The notes under the pieces: generated by a model
The model's input: the letters and a program-made list of their open reading frames with translations, nothing else
What the model was told of the DNA's origin: nothing
Databases searched by the model: none
Part shown: positions 1 to 9,678 of the stretch, piece after piece
Layout of the letters: every line of letters starts with the position of its first letter
Numbering within the stretch: the first letter of the stretch is position 1
Origin: a virus
Virus record (IMG/VR): IMGVR_UViG_3300045988_107814
Span: 96,001 to 160,000 of that record
Reading direction: 5' to 3' (one strand)
Length of the DNA stretch: 64,000 nucleotides
Translations under genes and position numbers: made by a program

Positions 1-3000
1 AGTAATGATACTGGTTTTAAAGGCTTCTTAGGAAACTTTGTAAATGTATTTAAGTATGGTGTAAAACTATGGCAAAGTGGTGCTAATACAATTATAAATG
101 ATGTATTACCTGGATTTGTAGAGGCTATTGTTTCTAAGTTACCAGATATATTAAAATCTGTAGGTAAAGGTATTGTTGATGGTATTGCTTCTTGGTTTGA
201 TAAGAAAGATGGTACTGGTAAACAATCTCTTGATAAAATTGATGGTTCTATGGTATCTGGTGGCGGTGGTAATACTAGAGCAAATACGAATACTGATAAT
301 TCTACAATAGAGTTTAATAACACTGTAGGTGGAAAATTCTCTATGGAAGCACCTAAATACATGGGTTCTGGACCAGATTATAGTAGTATTCAAGTAAATG
401 ATGCATTAGCAGATACATCTCAAACAAAGAATAAAGATGGTACTACTACAATAACAAATAAAGATAATGGTAAAAATGTTACTACAGAAAAAATTAATGA
501 TGACGAAATGGTATCTGCTGGTGTTAATGCATCTGGAACAGAAATTTTCTATAAACTTTCTGATACAAATAGAACTCAGCCATATTCAAAAACAGGTGAT
601 GGCCAATATTTAAGAATAGATAATCAAACAGATGTAATGAATAATACATTACAAGATAATACAAGTTTTCAAGAAATGATTGAAAATGATAATGCCGGTA
701 ATGCTGGTGTTACAAATTCTTATACTGGCACAACTCCTGGATTAGATAATGCTATTAAAGGAACTAAAATCGGTGTTAAAGCACTCACTTCTAAGTCTGG
801 TGCTAAAGGTCTTACACTGGCTCTTAAAGCCGGTGGTAAAACTATTAAAACAGTTGGTAGAGTTGCTTCTATTCCTGTTGGTGGTAAACGTAGTATAGCT
901 GGTAAAGTAATAACTAAAACAACTAATGGATTAGGAAATATTGTAGAAAAAGGTGCTGATAAACTTTCTAACGATATATTTAATGTAGGTCAGAAAATAA
1001 CAAACAAAGCATTATCAAAGAGTAAAACACTACAAAAAGTAAATGAACTAGGATTAAAGATAAATGATTCTTGGATGAATAAATTCGGACATGGTCAAAA
1101 TAAACTAGATGCACTTGATAGAAGTATTGATAGAGCACTTGAAAAAGGTGATACTGCTAAAGCAGAAAAATTATTAGACAAAGCTACTAAAGTTGAAGAT
1201 AAAATAAATAATGGAAATGTCTTTAGTAAATTTAAAGATAAGGCTACTTCAAAAGTTAAGAATAGTAAAGCTGGTCAAGCTGTTACTAAAGTTAGCGAAG
1301 GTGCTAAAAATATAAAAACAAAAGCTAAAGATGTTGTTAAGAAAACTAAAGTAGGACAAGCAGCTACAAAAGTTAAAGGCGTAGCTGATGATGCTGTTAA
1401 ATCTGTAAAAGGAATATTCGAAAAAGCTAAAAAGAGTATAGTAGACTGGTTTAAGAAATTATTTAAAAATGGTACATTTAAGAAAGCACTTAAAGAAGCT
1501 GGTCAAGAAGCAAGTGATGAAGCTATTGAAAAAATGGCTAAAGAATCTGGTGAAAAACTAGTTAAGGAATGTGCTGAAGAGGGTGCTGAAAAAATTGCTA
1601 AAGCAGCTGGTAAGAATGCTATAGCAACTGCATCTGATGCAACTGGTATTGGTGTTGTTATTAATATAGCAATGGCTGTAGCAGACTTCGCACTGGGTAT
1701 GGATGATTGCAGAAACATTCTTCAAATAACAGATAAAGAAATTCCTATATCTTGGAGAATATTTGCTGGTCTTGCTAATGCACTTCAAGATATTCCAGCT
1801 GTAGGTATCATATTCGGCATTATCGGTGCTAAAAATATCGTTTATTTCTTAATTGATATTCTAGGTCCTATTATTGCTCCTGATGCAACCAAAAAGATAA
1901 GAGAAAAACAAAAACAAGCTGAAGAAACAGTAGCTGAATATAATAGACAACATAATACAAATCTTACATTAGAAGAATATAATAATAAATTTAATAAAAC
2001 TTTCTCTAGTGTTACTAAGGGATTAGCAGCCGATGCAGGTTCTTTCTTATCTGGTAGAGATGCTACAGTATCTCAATCAATGGAGTCTAGACGTATTGTT
2101 GAAGATGCCGGTAAAAAAGTAACTAAAATAAGAAAGAAACTAGAAGATATTGCTTCTCATATGTGGGAAAAAGAAGGTAAAAAGTTTAAAGGCTTTAATC
2201 TTACTAAAGAAACATATGGTACATTATGTGCAGAAGTAATTGATAAAATTGTAATGTTGCTAAATGGTTTAGATGAAGATAAATTAGATAAAGTTTTAGA
2301 ATCTGCTGGTAAAATGAGAATGAACTTTGCTGAAAATTATGGTAGTGGATATGTTAAAGTTCTTACATTTGGTGCTGTTGATTTGGACCCATTTGTAGAC
2401 GCTTGGGATGACGGTTATAAAGGTTTGTCATACTTAGGTCTAGATGAGGATAAATTTGAAAATACAGACGTGGTTAAATGTATTGGTGGTATTGCATCTG
2501 TATTTGTAAAATCATGTGGCGGTGCTAAATTAAAAGGAAAAATCATTGATATAGTAATTACTACATTCTGTAAGGGAATGTCAGCTGATGGTAAAAAAAT
2601 TGGTGAAAATGAAAAGAAAATGATAGAAGAAAGCGGTAAAGATATAGAAGAAATAAATAATCAATATACAGCAGTTCAGCAACAATTTAAAGAAGCTGGT
2701 CAAGCTCAATCAGTTGCTATTGATTCTAACGGTAATGTAACTACTGATAATATTGTAACAAATGCAAATGCTAATAATAAACTTTCTACTACCAATACTT
2801 TACAAACAGCAACTTCTCCATTAAGTAAAATCAGTAATAAATTTTCTGAAATTATAAATAATGCAGTTGGTGGATTTACTGGCGGATTAGATAATATTGA
2901 AGAATTGTTTAAATCTTTATCTAGTAAAAATAAGAGTACTAATGAAGCAATTGATGCTATGACACTATTACCAACTGATAAGAAATATTGGAAAATAGAA

Positions 3001-6000
3001 TTAGATAATACGAATCCATTTGTTAGTGCTATATTTAACTTTATGGAATCTATGAACAGAGTTGTTAAAGCTCCATTTGCATTAGCAGCAGCTTCTCTAG
3101 GTAGTGGTCTTGAAGTTATTTCTAGTAACTCTGCTGATAATGGTGGATCTGCTCAAACTGTAAATGATTCTAGTGGTAATACTGGAAGTTCAACAGCTTC
3201 TACTAATAATGCTTCTTCTGGTTCTACATCTTCTAAGAGTAGTGGAGGATTCTTAAGTAAAGTAGCAAGTAAAGGTAAAAGTATATTAAAGAAAATTGGT
3301 GGTGCATTTAAGAGTCTATTTGGTAGAGGTGCTGATGATGAATATACCGATGATACAGGTTATGGTGATGATCCATTCCATATTTATCAAAGAGACTATA
3401 AGAGATCATATAAAACAAATGGTGATACAGAAAATCAAACAGTAGCAGATTCTGGTTGTGGCCCAGCCGCAGCAGCTTCTCTATTAAGAATGTATGGTAA
3501 AAACGGTAATATGAATAATGCTGTTAGTTATGCACTTAATAATAACTACAAGGAAGTAAATGGTGGTACTTATCCACAATACTTCAATGATTATCTAAAT
3601 AAAAATGGTATTAGTACTAACTCTAATGCAAATAATAGAGATGTGGTAAATAGTCTTATTCATAATAAACCAGTTATATTAATGGGTCAAGATGCATCCA
3701 ATAGTGGTAGAACTCCATATGGATCTAAGTATTCTCACTATGTCGTTGCTAGAGGACTTGATTCTAATGGTAATGTAATAGTAGAAGATTCTGAAGATAA
3801 AAAGGGTTCTACTAGATATAGCCTTGCTGATACTTTAAGAAATTCTTCTGTAAGAATTACTACAGGTAGTGGAAAATATGGCAGAGCTAAAGGCACTGTG
3901 TTAGATAACTTTGTTAGTGGTGTTAACTCTGTAATGGCTTCTTCTGTTACAAGCATCTTAGGCAACTTATCTAGCAGTATAGGATATAGCGATAGTAGTA
4001 GCGGTAGCACATCATCTAGTGGTAATACTGGTAGTAGCGGTGGTACTGTTATCGCTGGTACTAATGGAACAATAAGTGATCTAACAAAAGACTCCGATGT
4101 TAAAACAAAATGTGGTTATACAGCTGAACAATTAACAGCCGCTATTAAAGCTATACATCCAGAAGGTTGCTCTGCTGAACAATTCCCAGAAGCAGCTATT
4201 AATGTAGAAAAATCTAAAGGTCTTAATGCATTATTTATAATTGCTGCTGCTATTCAAGAACATGGATGGGATGGTAAAGTTGGTATTAATACAACAGGTG
4301 CTAACTGGGGTAACTGGAATGTATTTAATATTATGGGTAGTCCACATGCTTCTAATGGTCGTTGGAAAGACTATAATGATCTTACTGATGCATTTAGTGG
4401 ATTCGGTGATCTTATTCTAGGTAGCACTTATTATGGTGCTGGATTAAAAACGCCTGAAGCGATTGGTAATAGATATTGTCCTCCAGATTTAGAAGAAAAT
4501 GCAAATTACGGTCAATGGGGCGAATCAGTATGTAATGTTGCTCAAAATATTGTAAAACACATTCCTACTTCTGGATCTGGTCGTGGTAATAATAAGATTG
4601 AACCAGCAATAAATAAAAAATTAATAAATAATATTACAGACTCTATTAGTTATGGAACAGTATCTGCTCTTAATGGCGGATCTGGTAAATGGGGTCGTGA
4701 TGGTGAAGAAGATACAACAACCGCTGATGATACCACAACAACAGATACTTCAACAGAAACAACTGATAGTACTACAACTACTACTAATACATCATCATCT
4801 AGTTCTAGTAGTGCTTCTGAATCTGCTGGATTATTAAGTAAACTAACTGAATATACAACTAATCTTACTAAGGGTGTATTTGGAGATTTTTACGATGCAT
4901 TATATGGTAAAACAGAAACAAGTACAACCACACCAACATCTGGTAATACTATTACTGGTACATTATCTTCTGGTGATTCAATTGCTAATATGAAAACCTT
5001 ATTTAGTTACTTTACATCTCAAGGATTAAGTGATAATTTAGCTGCCGGTATTCTTGGTAATATTAAAGCTGAATCTGGTTTTAATCCTAACGTATTATAC
5101 GGTGGTGCTATTGGTACTGTATTTGATCAGCAATCATTAGCATATGGTCTAATTCAATGGACAGGTACTGATGCAAGAGCTAGCTTATATAACTGGTGTA
5201 CTGCAAATAACTGTGATCCTGATACACTGGATGGCCAAGCTAAATGGATTGTTGCTCAAATTAAAGGTATAAATCTAAACGATGAAACAAATACTGCTAA
5301 TGCTTCTAAATTTAATGGTAGTACTGGTAGAGGTACTATGACATATAATGCTCAATTATTTAATGCTAGAGGTTCATTTGAAACATTTAATACTTATTCT
5401 ATAGAAAAAGCTACAAAATTATGGCTAGAATGTGTAGAAAGACCTGGTGATGTAAATAGTTTCTTACAAGCTAGAGTAGAAAATGCTAAGCAAATACTTG
5501 CAGAATGTAAAGGAACTAGCAGTGGTTCTGGAAGAGGTAGAGGAATAATTAATAAAGCTTTATCTAAACCTAATAAACTAAGAAAGAGAAGATTTGGCAG
5601 AGGTATTTGGGGTCGTGATGGTGAAGAAGAAACAACTACCACTACAACAACCACCACAACGACAGAAGCAGCAGATACTTCTACATCTGAAGATGAAAAT
5701 ACTGGTGTAACATATAGTAGTCCTATAGGTCCAACTAAACCAGATAACTCTACTGATGATACTACAACAACCAATGATTCCGATACAACATCGAGTACAG
5801 GTAGTAATGGTAGTGATACTCTATTAAGTAAACTTACAGATTACGCTTCTAAAGCTGTTAAGGGAGTATATGGTGATTTCTATGACGCATTATATGGATC
5901 TGATACATCTTCCAATGAATCTGATGCTTCATTATCTAATGTAACTGGAAATAGCACTATAACTCAAGGAACTGGTGTGCCATATGAAACTTATAAACAC

Positions 6001-7161
6001 TGGAAACAAGGTGATTATGGAACATATCCAGCACCTTGGGCAAGTAAGAACATTGCAACTGGTGGGGGATATGATACATGTGCTGATAGCGGTTGTGCAC
6101 TTGTATCCTCGGCTATATTATTAGTACACTCCGGATCTATAACCGATAGTTCATTTGACCCTGGTGTATTTATTGATGACGTTGTTGCAAGAGGAGCTAC
6201 AAATTATAAGGGTGAATGGTCAAGTCTAGATACATTAATGGATTATAAAAATTCTGGTATTATGACAGGTGTAGATTATCAAAAATGGTGTTTTGGTCAA
6301 GACTTCACTCAATCTGCATCTTGGGATACTATATATAATACATTATTAAAACAACTACAAGATGGTTATTATGTAATGATACGTGTATCTATTCATGGTA
6401 CTTGTGGTCACTTTGTAGCGTTAGATTATATTGATACGTCTTCTAAAACTATCTATATAATGGACCCTGGTTCATCTCATAAAGAAAATTTAACTGATTA
6501 TTCTGGAAGAATTCTTGGTTACGCAACATTTAAAACCAATGCATCTAATGCTAGTCAATATATTTTAAATGGTAAAAGAAGTGGCTCTGGTAGAGGTAAA
6601 TTTAGCAAGAATACATCTTCGTTTACAGGTAGAGGAAATGATAATAAATATACATTTGCTAATATTAATTCTTCTGTAAATAAGAGAATTGGTAGACAAA
6701 TGATGAAATATACTAAACCTGAGCATTTCTATCCACCTACTGGACAAGGAAGAGGTGTATCTGGTTTAGTAAGTTATGATCAAATTAAAAATAACACAAA
6801 GTCTACTTCTACAACATCAATGACTACTCCTACTAATAACAATAATCAAATAATTGCTTCTAACAATTATATTGGTTCAGCTTCTACTATCGGAACTTCT
6901 TCTGGTGGTAACGGTATAGATTTGAATCAATTAATTAGTTTAATATCTATTATAGCAAACAATGCTGATAAGATGGATGCAATATTACAGTTATTAGGAG
7001 CCATTGCAACTAATACTCAAAATACATCTACAGCTATTTCAAATAATAATAAATCTAAAACAACAAATAATAACGGTCTATCTGCATTGAGAAATGCATT
7101 AGATTCAAATAGTTCTGGAATAGATATTGCAAAAGCAGTTTATCAAATAGCAAAAAGTTAA
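1..7161 (+). CDS. Giant tape-measure-like tail polyprotein with four lytic/peptidase modules (5' end lies outside the window)
   Basis: Frame 1 is open from nt 1 with no stop before the first ATG at 250, so the gene starts upstream; stop TAA at 7159-7161. It has TMP-like hydrophobic segments (GIGVVINIAMAVADFALG, IIFGIIGAKNIVYFLIDILGPIIAP) and K/A-rich helical repeats. Four enzyme-like modules are listed as separate features. Confidence 0.85.
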   Translation, partial: SNDTGFKGFLGNFVNVFKYGVKLWQSGANTIINDVLPGFVEAIVSKLPDILKSVGKGIVDGIASWFDKKDGTGKQSLDKIDGSMVSGGGGNTRANTNTDNSTIEFNNTVGGKFSMEAPKYMGSGPDYSSIQVNDALADTSQTKNKDGTTTITNKDNGKNVTTEKINDDEMVSAGVNASGTEIFYKLSDTNRTQPYSKTGDGQYLRIDNQTDVMNNTLQDNTSFQEMIENDNAGNAGVTNSYTGTTPGLDNAIKGTKIGVKALTSKSGAKGLTLALKAGGKTIKTVGRVASIPVGGKRSIAGKVITKTTNGLGNIVEKGADKLSNDIFNVGQKITNKALSKSKTLQKVNELGLKINDSWMNKFGHGQNKLDALDRSIDRALEKGDTAKAEKLLDKATKVEDKINNGNVFSKFKDKATSKVKNSKAGQAVTKVSEGAKNIKTKAKDVVKKTKVGQAATKVKGVADDAVKSVKGIFEKAKKSIVDWFKKLFKNGTFKKALKEAGQEASDEAIEKMAKESGEKLVKECAEEGAEKIAKAAGKNAIATASDATGIGVVINIAMAVADFALGMDDCRNILQITDKEIPISWRIFAGLANALQDIPAVGIIFGIIGAKNIVYFLIDILGPIIAPDATKKIREKQKQAEETVAEYNRQHNTNLTLEEYNNKFNKTFSSVTKGLAADAGSFLSGRDATVSQSMESRRIVEDAGKKVTKIRKKLEDIASHMWEKEGKKFKGFNLTKETYGTLCAEVIDKIVMLLNGLDEDKLDKVLESAGKMRMNFAENYGSGYVKVLTFGAVDLDPFVDAWDDGYKGLSYLGLDEDKFENTDVVKCIGGIASVFVKSCGGAKLKGKIIDIVITTFCKGMSADGKKIGENEKKMIEESGKDIEEINNQYTAVQQQFKEAGQAQSVAIDSNGNVTTDNIVTNANANNKLSTTNTLQTATSPLSKISNKFSEIINNAVGGFTGGLDNIEELFKSLSSKNKSTNEAIDAMTLLPTDKKYWKIELDNTNPFVSAIFNFMESMNRVVKAPFALAAASLGSGLEVISSNSADNGGSAQTVNDSSGNTGSSTASTNNASSGSTSSKSSGGFLSKVASKGKSILKKIGGAFKSLFGRGADDEYTDDTGYGDDPFHIYQRDYKRSYKTNGDTENQTVADSGCGPAAAASLLRMYGKNGNMNNAVSYALNNNYKEVNGGTYPQYFNDYLNKNGISTNSNANNRDVVNSLIHNKPVILMGQDASNSGRTPYGSKYSHYVVARGLDSNGNVIVEDSEDKKGSTRYSLADTLRNSSVRITTGSGKYGRAKGTVLDNFVSGVNSVMASSVTSILGNLSSSIGYSDSSSGSTSSSGNTGSSGGTVIAGTNGTISDLTKDSDVKTKCGYTAEQLTAAIKAIHPEGCSAEQFPEAAINVEKSKGLNALFIIAAAIQEHGWDGKVGINTTGANWGNWNVFNIMGSPHASNGRWKDYNDLTDAFSGFGDLILGSTYYGAGLKTPEAIGNRYCPPDLEENANYGQWGESVCNVAQNIVKHIPTSGSGRGNNKIEPAINKKLINNITDSISYGTVSALNGGSGKWGRDGEEDTTTADDTTTTDTSTETTDSTTTTTNTSSSSSSSASESAGLLSKLTEYTTNLTKGVFGDFYDALYGKTETSTTTPTSGNTITGTLSSGDSIANMKTLFSYFTSQGLSDNLAAGILGNIKAESGFNPNVLYGGAIGTVFDQQSLAYGLIQWTGTDARASLYNWCTANNCDPDTLDGQAKWIVAQIKGINLNDETNTANASKFNGSTGRGTMTYNAQLFNARGSFETFNTYSIEKATKLWLECVERPGDVNSFLQARVENAKQILAECKGTSSGSGRGRGIINKALSKPNKLRKRRFGRGIWGRDGEEETTTTTTTTTTTEAADTSTSEDENTGVTYSSPIGPTKPDNSTDDTTTTNDSDTTSSTGSNGSDTLLSKLTDYASKAVKGVYGDFYDALYGSDTSSNESDASLSNVTGNSTITQGTGVPYETYKHWKQGDYGTYPAPWASKNIATGGGYDTCADSGCALVSSAILLVHSGSITDSSFDPGVFIDDVVARGATNYKGEWSSLDTLMDYKNSGIMTGVDYQKWCFGQDFTQSASWDTIYNTLLKQLQDGYYVMIRVSIHGTCGHFVALDYIDTSSKTIYIMDPGSSHKENLTDYSGRILGYATFKTNASNASQYILNGKRSGSGRGKFSKNTSSFTGRGNDNKYTFANINSSVNKRIGRQMMKYTKPEHFYPPTGQGRGVSGLVSYDQIKNNTKSTSTTSMTTPTNNNNQIIASNNYIGSASTIGTSSGGNGIDLNQLISLISIIANNADKMDAILQLLGAIATNTQNTSTAISNNNKSKTTNNNGLSALRNALDSNSSGIDIAKAVYQIAKS
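3367..3865 (+). other. Papain-like (C39-like/NlpC-type) cysteine peptidase module 1 inside the giant CDS
   Basis: Catalytic-type Cys context TVADSGCGPAAAASLLRMYG and downstream His context SKYSHYVVARGLD. Boundaries are approximate. Confidence 0.6.
4111..4560 (+). other. GH73 (N-acetylglucosaminidase, FlgJ-type)-like module inside the giant CDS
   Basis: NALFIIAAAIQEHGWDG...NWGNWNVFNIMG...YNDLTDAFSGFGDLI resembles the A-x-LESGWG...NN-FGI pattern of mannosyl-glycoprotein endo-beta-N-acetylglucosaminidases. Boundaries are approximate. Confidence 0.6.
4684..4908 (+). repeat. Inter-domain linker module, copy 1 (WGRDGEE, a T/S-rich tract, then LLSKLTxY...GDFYDALYG)
   Basis: GKWGRDGEED, a T/S-rich tract, then LLSKLTEYTTNLTKGVFGDFYDALYG. 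The partner copy is at 5602-5898. Confidence 0.85.
4981..5513 (+). other. Phage-tail-lysozyme-like module inside the giant CDS
   Basis: LAAGILGNIKAESGFNPNV...AYGLIQWTGTDARASLYNWC matches the GILGN-x-ES...GL-QW signature of the phage tail lysozyme family. Boundaries are approximate. Confidence 0.6.
5602..5898 (+). repeat. Inter-domain linker module, copy 2
   Basis: GIWGRDGEEE, a poly-T/S/D tract, then LLSKLTDYASKAVKGVYGDFYDALYG. The core ggggtcgtgatggtgaagaaga is identical at DNA level to copy 1. Confidence 0.85.
5974..6540 (+). other. Papain-like cysteine peptidase module 2 inside the giant CDS
   Basis: TCADSGCALVSSAILLVHSG (Cys context) and HGTCGHFVALDYID (His context) give the same Cys...His order as module 1. 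Confidence 0.55.
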
Positions 7162-7168
7162 AATAATA

Positions 7169-7192
7169 GAGGGTTGGATTGCTCCAACCCTC
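7169..7192 (+). terminator. Rho-independent terminator after the giant CDS
   Basis: GAGGGTTGG-attgct-CCAACCCTC (9-bp stem) followed by atattttta. Confidence 0.7.
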
Positions 7193-7251
7193 ATATTTTT
7201 ATGTCAAGAACATTAGTATAATATTCAAAATAATAATAAGGAGGTTTAGTA

Positions 7252-9513
7252 ATGGCTTACAATTATGTATACCCACTAAATATGAATAAGATAGCGGAAA
7301 CATTTTATGCTAAAAAAGCAAGCGATCTATCTAATAGTGGATTTTATATTATGTGTAAAACTGATACTAATATTTATGCATCTAGTGAAAAAGCACTTGC
7401 AAATGCAAATGTAACAACAGAAACAGATAAAGCAATGATGAGAATAAAAGGTAAATCGTCTGCTAAAATATATGATGTAGTTAAAGATCATAATAGAATA
7501 TTGGTTAAAATATACGCAGGTGCTAAAGAAGCTTGGTTATATATTGGAACAGTACAAGCATATGGTAGTTCAACAGGTAGCTATTATAGATGGACAGTTG
7601 GCCCTACAGTTAATATAGGTGCAACGAAAAATTGTCTTAAAAAATTTAATATAAGACGATTTAAAGAATCAAATACACCTAATAGATATGCTAATTTAAA
7701 TTTAAGTGTAACAGAAATAGATGCTAGTAGAGTATTGAAAACAAATCAAAGCGAAATAGATGGTGCTGATAATAATACTGAAGAAAAAAGAACAAATACA
7801 ACAGATAATATAACTAGTACTAGTACAGCAACTGGAGAATCTGGAGTAACATATGAATTTGCTGTAAAGGCTGCTCCAAATACTTACTATTATGATATTG
7901 GTAAGTATATAAGAGATAACTCTTATGAAGCATATGCATCTCAAAATAATATAAATTCTGGCATTGATTATAGTAAACTTAAATATATTTTTGGCATTCC
8001 ATATCAATATCTTCCTACAACAGATTGTAGAGTTGGGGATGATTTCTCAGATGAAATAGAACAAGCTGGATATGAATTTGCTGACAAAATTATATCTAGA
8101 ATGCCACTATTATATGTAACTCCAGGTAATACATCTTTTATGGGTAATGCCGGTTCTAAAGAAAATTACAGAACTTTTTTACTTGGTAAATTAGGTGTAA
8201 GCGGTGCTACATCTGGAGAAAATGATATAATGGAATCTTCTCTAGAAACTATGCTTGGAGAATACAATGGTAAACTATATACATTAACTCCAGCATATAA
8301 AGAATATTTTGAATATGTAAATCCATTATGTCGTGCTGGTGCAATATTCTTAGATATTGGAGAATTATCATTTGAATCTGAGACAACAAGTGGAACTAAT
8401 AAATTTCAAAACTATAACTGGGGTATTAACCAAGGTATAGCATATGAGATATATACCGAAGAAGAAAGTACAGAAGATGATACTAAAAAAAGTGATACTA
8501 AAGATGAGGAAGAAAATACAGATAATGCAGATGGGAAAAAGGCTAAATTTGATGAAGATTATTCTGATTTCTTTGAATCTACTATAACCAAGATCAGTGA
8601 AAAAATAAGTGATTTTGAGAGTAGATTATATTACGGTAACTCTATAGCTTTCTATATAAATTCCGATGCATCGTTTCAAGATTCTTTTGGTAATGAAACA
8701 ACAGAATCTTCTTTATCTTCTCTTATAAATGGTTTATCTGATAAAGCTAGAGAAATACAATTCTTATTGGGCACTTCTAGACAAATGGTTGGTGAAGCAT
8801 TTGATAAAGTAGACGGTACTCTTGGTCCAATAAAACAGCAAATTGATAATATAGTTAATAAAGTTGCTGGTGGTAACTCTATATTTACTACAATTGCAAA
8901 TAGTGTTAAAACTATTGTTTCTGGCGGTAGGTTACAATTTCCACAAATATGGTCTAATAGTTCTTTCTCAAAATCTTATAGTATATCTATTAAATTAAAT
9001 ACTCCAAGTACAGATAGAGTTTCTTGGTGGTTAGATATATATGTGCCACTTTGTCATCTTATGGGATTAATTCTTCCTAGATCTGAATATATTAACTCTT
9101 ATACTACTCCATTTATTGTAAAAGCATTCTATAAGGGTATGTTTAATATAGATATGGGCATTATAACAGAAATGACATTCACTAAAGGTAAAGAAGGCTC
9201 ATGGACTAAAGATGGCTTACCTACTGTAGTCGATGTAAGTTTCACTATTCAAGACTTATATAGTACGATGTCTATGACATCTACAGAAAGTATGTTTAAA
9301 GGAAAAACATTACAGAATGTAGCTGAGATGGATTATATAGCAAACTTATGTGGTATTAATATAAATGAGCCTGATATATTTAGAATGATTAGATTATGGT
9401 GTGTATTCAATATTTCTAATAGAGTATACGACTTTATTCCTAACCTTGAAATGGGAGTTGAAAAGTATATTGGTAATAGAGTATTAAGTGCTTATAATAA
9501 TTTTTGGTTTTAA
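7252..9513 (+). CDS. Hypothetical protein, 753 aa (directly downstream of the tape measure; a tail/baseplate role is only a positional guess)
   Basis: Long ORF with AAGGAGG upstream of the ATG. It has an acidic S/T/E/D-rich central linker. No motif recognised. Confidence 0.85.
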   Translation: MAYNYVYPLNMNKIAETFYAKKASDLSNSGFYIMCKTDTNIYASSEKALANANVTTETDKAMMRIKGKSSAKIYDVVKDHNRILVKIYAGAKEAWLYIGTVQAYGSSTGSYYRWTVGPTVNIGATKNCLKKFNIRRFKESNTPNRYANLNLSVTEIDASRVLKTNQSEIDGADNNTEEKRTNTTDNITSTSTATGESGVTYEFAVKAAPNTYYYDIGKYIRDNSYEAYASQNNINSGIDYSKLKYIFGIPYQYLPTTDCRVGDDFSDEIEQAGYEFADKIISRMPLLYVTPGNTSFMGNAGSKENYRTFLLGKLGVSGATSGENDIMESSLETMLGEYNGKLYTLTPAYKEYFEYVNPLCRAGAIFLDIGELSFESETTSGTNKFQNYNWGINQGIAYEIYTEEESTEDDTKKSDTKDEEENTDNADGKKAKFDEDYSDFFESTITKISEKISDFESRLYYGNSIAFYINSDASFQDSFGNETTESSLSSLINGLSDKAREIQFLLGTSRQMVGEAFDKVDGTLGPIKQQIDNIVNKVAGGNSIFTTIANSVKTIVSGGRLQFPQIWSNSSFSKSYSISIKLNTPSTDRVSWWLDIYVPLCHLMGLILPRSEYINSYTTPFIVKAFYKGMFNIDMGIITEMTFTKGKEGSWTKDGLPTVVDVSFTIQDLYSTMSMTSTESMFKGKTLQNVAEMDYIANLCGININEPDIFRMIRLWCVFNISNRVYDFIPNLEMGVEKYIGNRVLSAYNNFWF

Positions 9514-9595
9514 AAATGTCATAACTATATAGTAAGGGTAATAATAATTACTCTGTAATGGGTTAATGTCGGTATTTGTGTCTCCTGAAAAATAG

Positions 9596-9625
9596 TCCAC
9601 TGATAGGAATATTCCTATCAGTGGA
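9596..9625 (+). terminator. Rho-independent terminator
   Basis: TCCACTGATAGG-aatatt-CCTATCAGTGGA (12-bp perfect stem) followed by tccttttgc. It is itself flanked by CGGTATTTG / CAAAATACCG, which could form an outer helix. Confidence 0.7.
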
Positions 9626-9678
9626 TCCTTTTGCAAAATACCGTATCTGTAACAATTAATTAAAAAGGAGGTACTTGA

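Noticed and set aside
7216-7221. A TATAAT hexamer upstream of the 753-aa gene as a promoter.
   Set aside because: There is no acceptable -35 or TG extension at the right spacing, and such hexamers are expected by chance in DNA this AT-rich. I left it unannotated.
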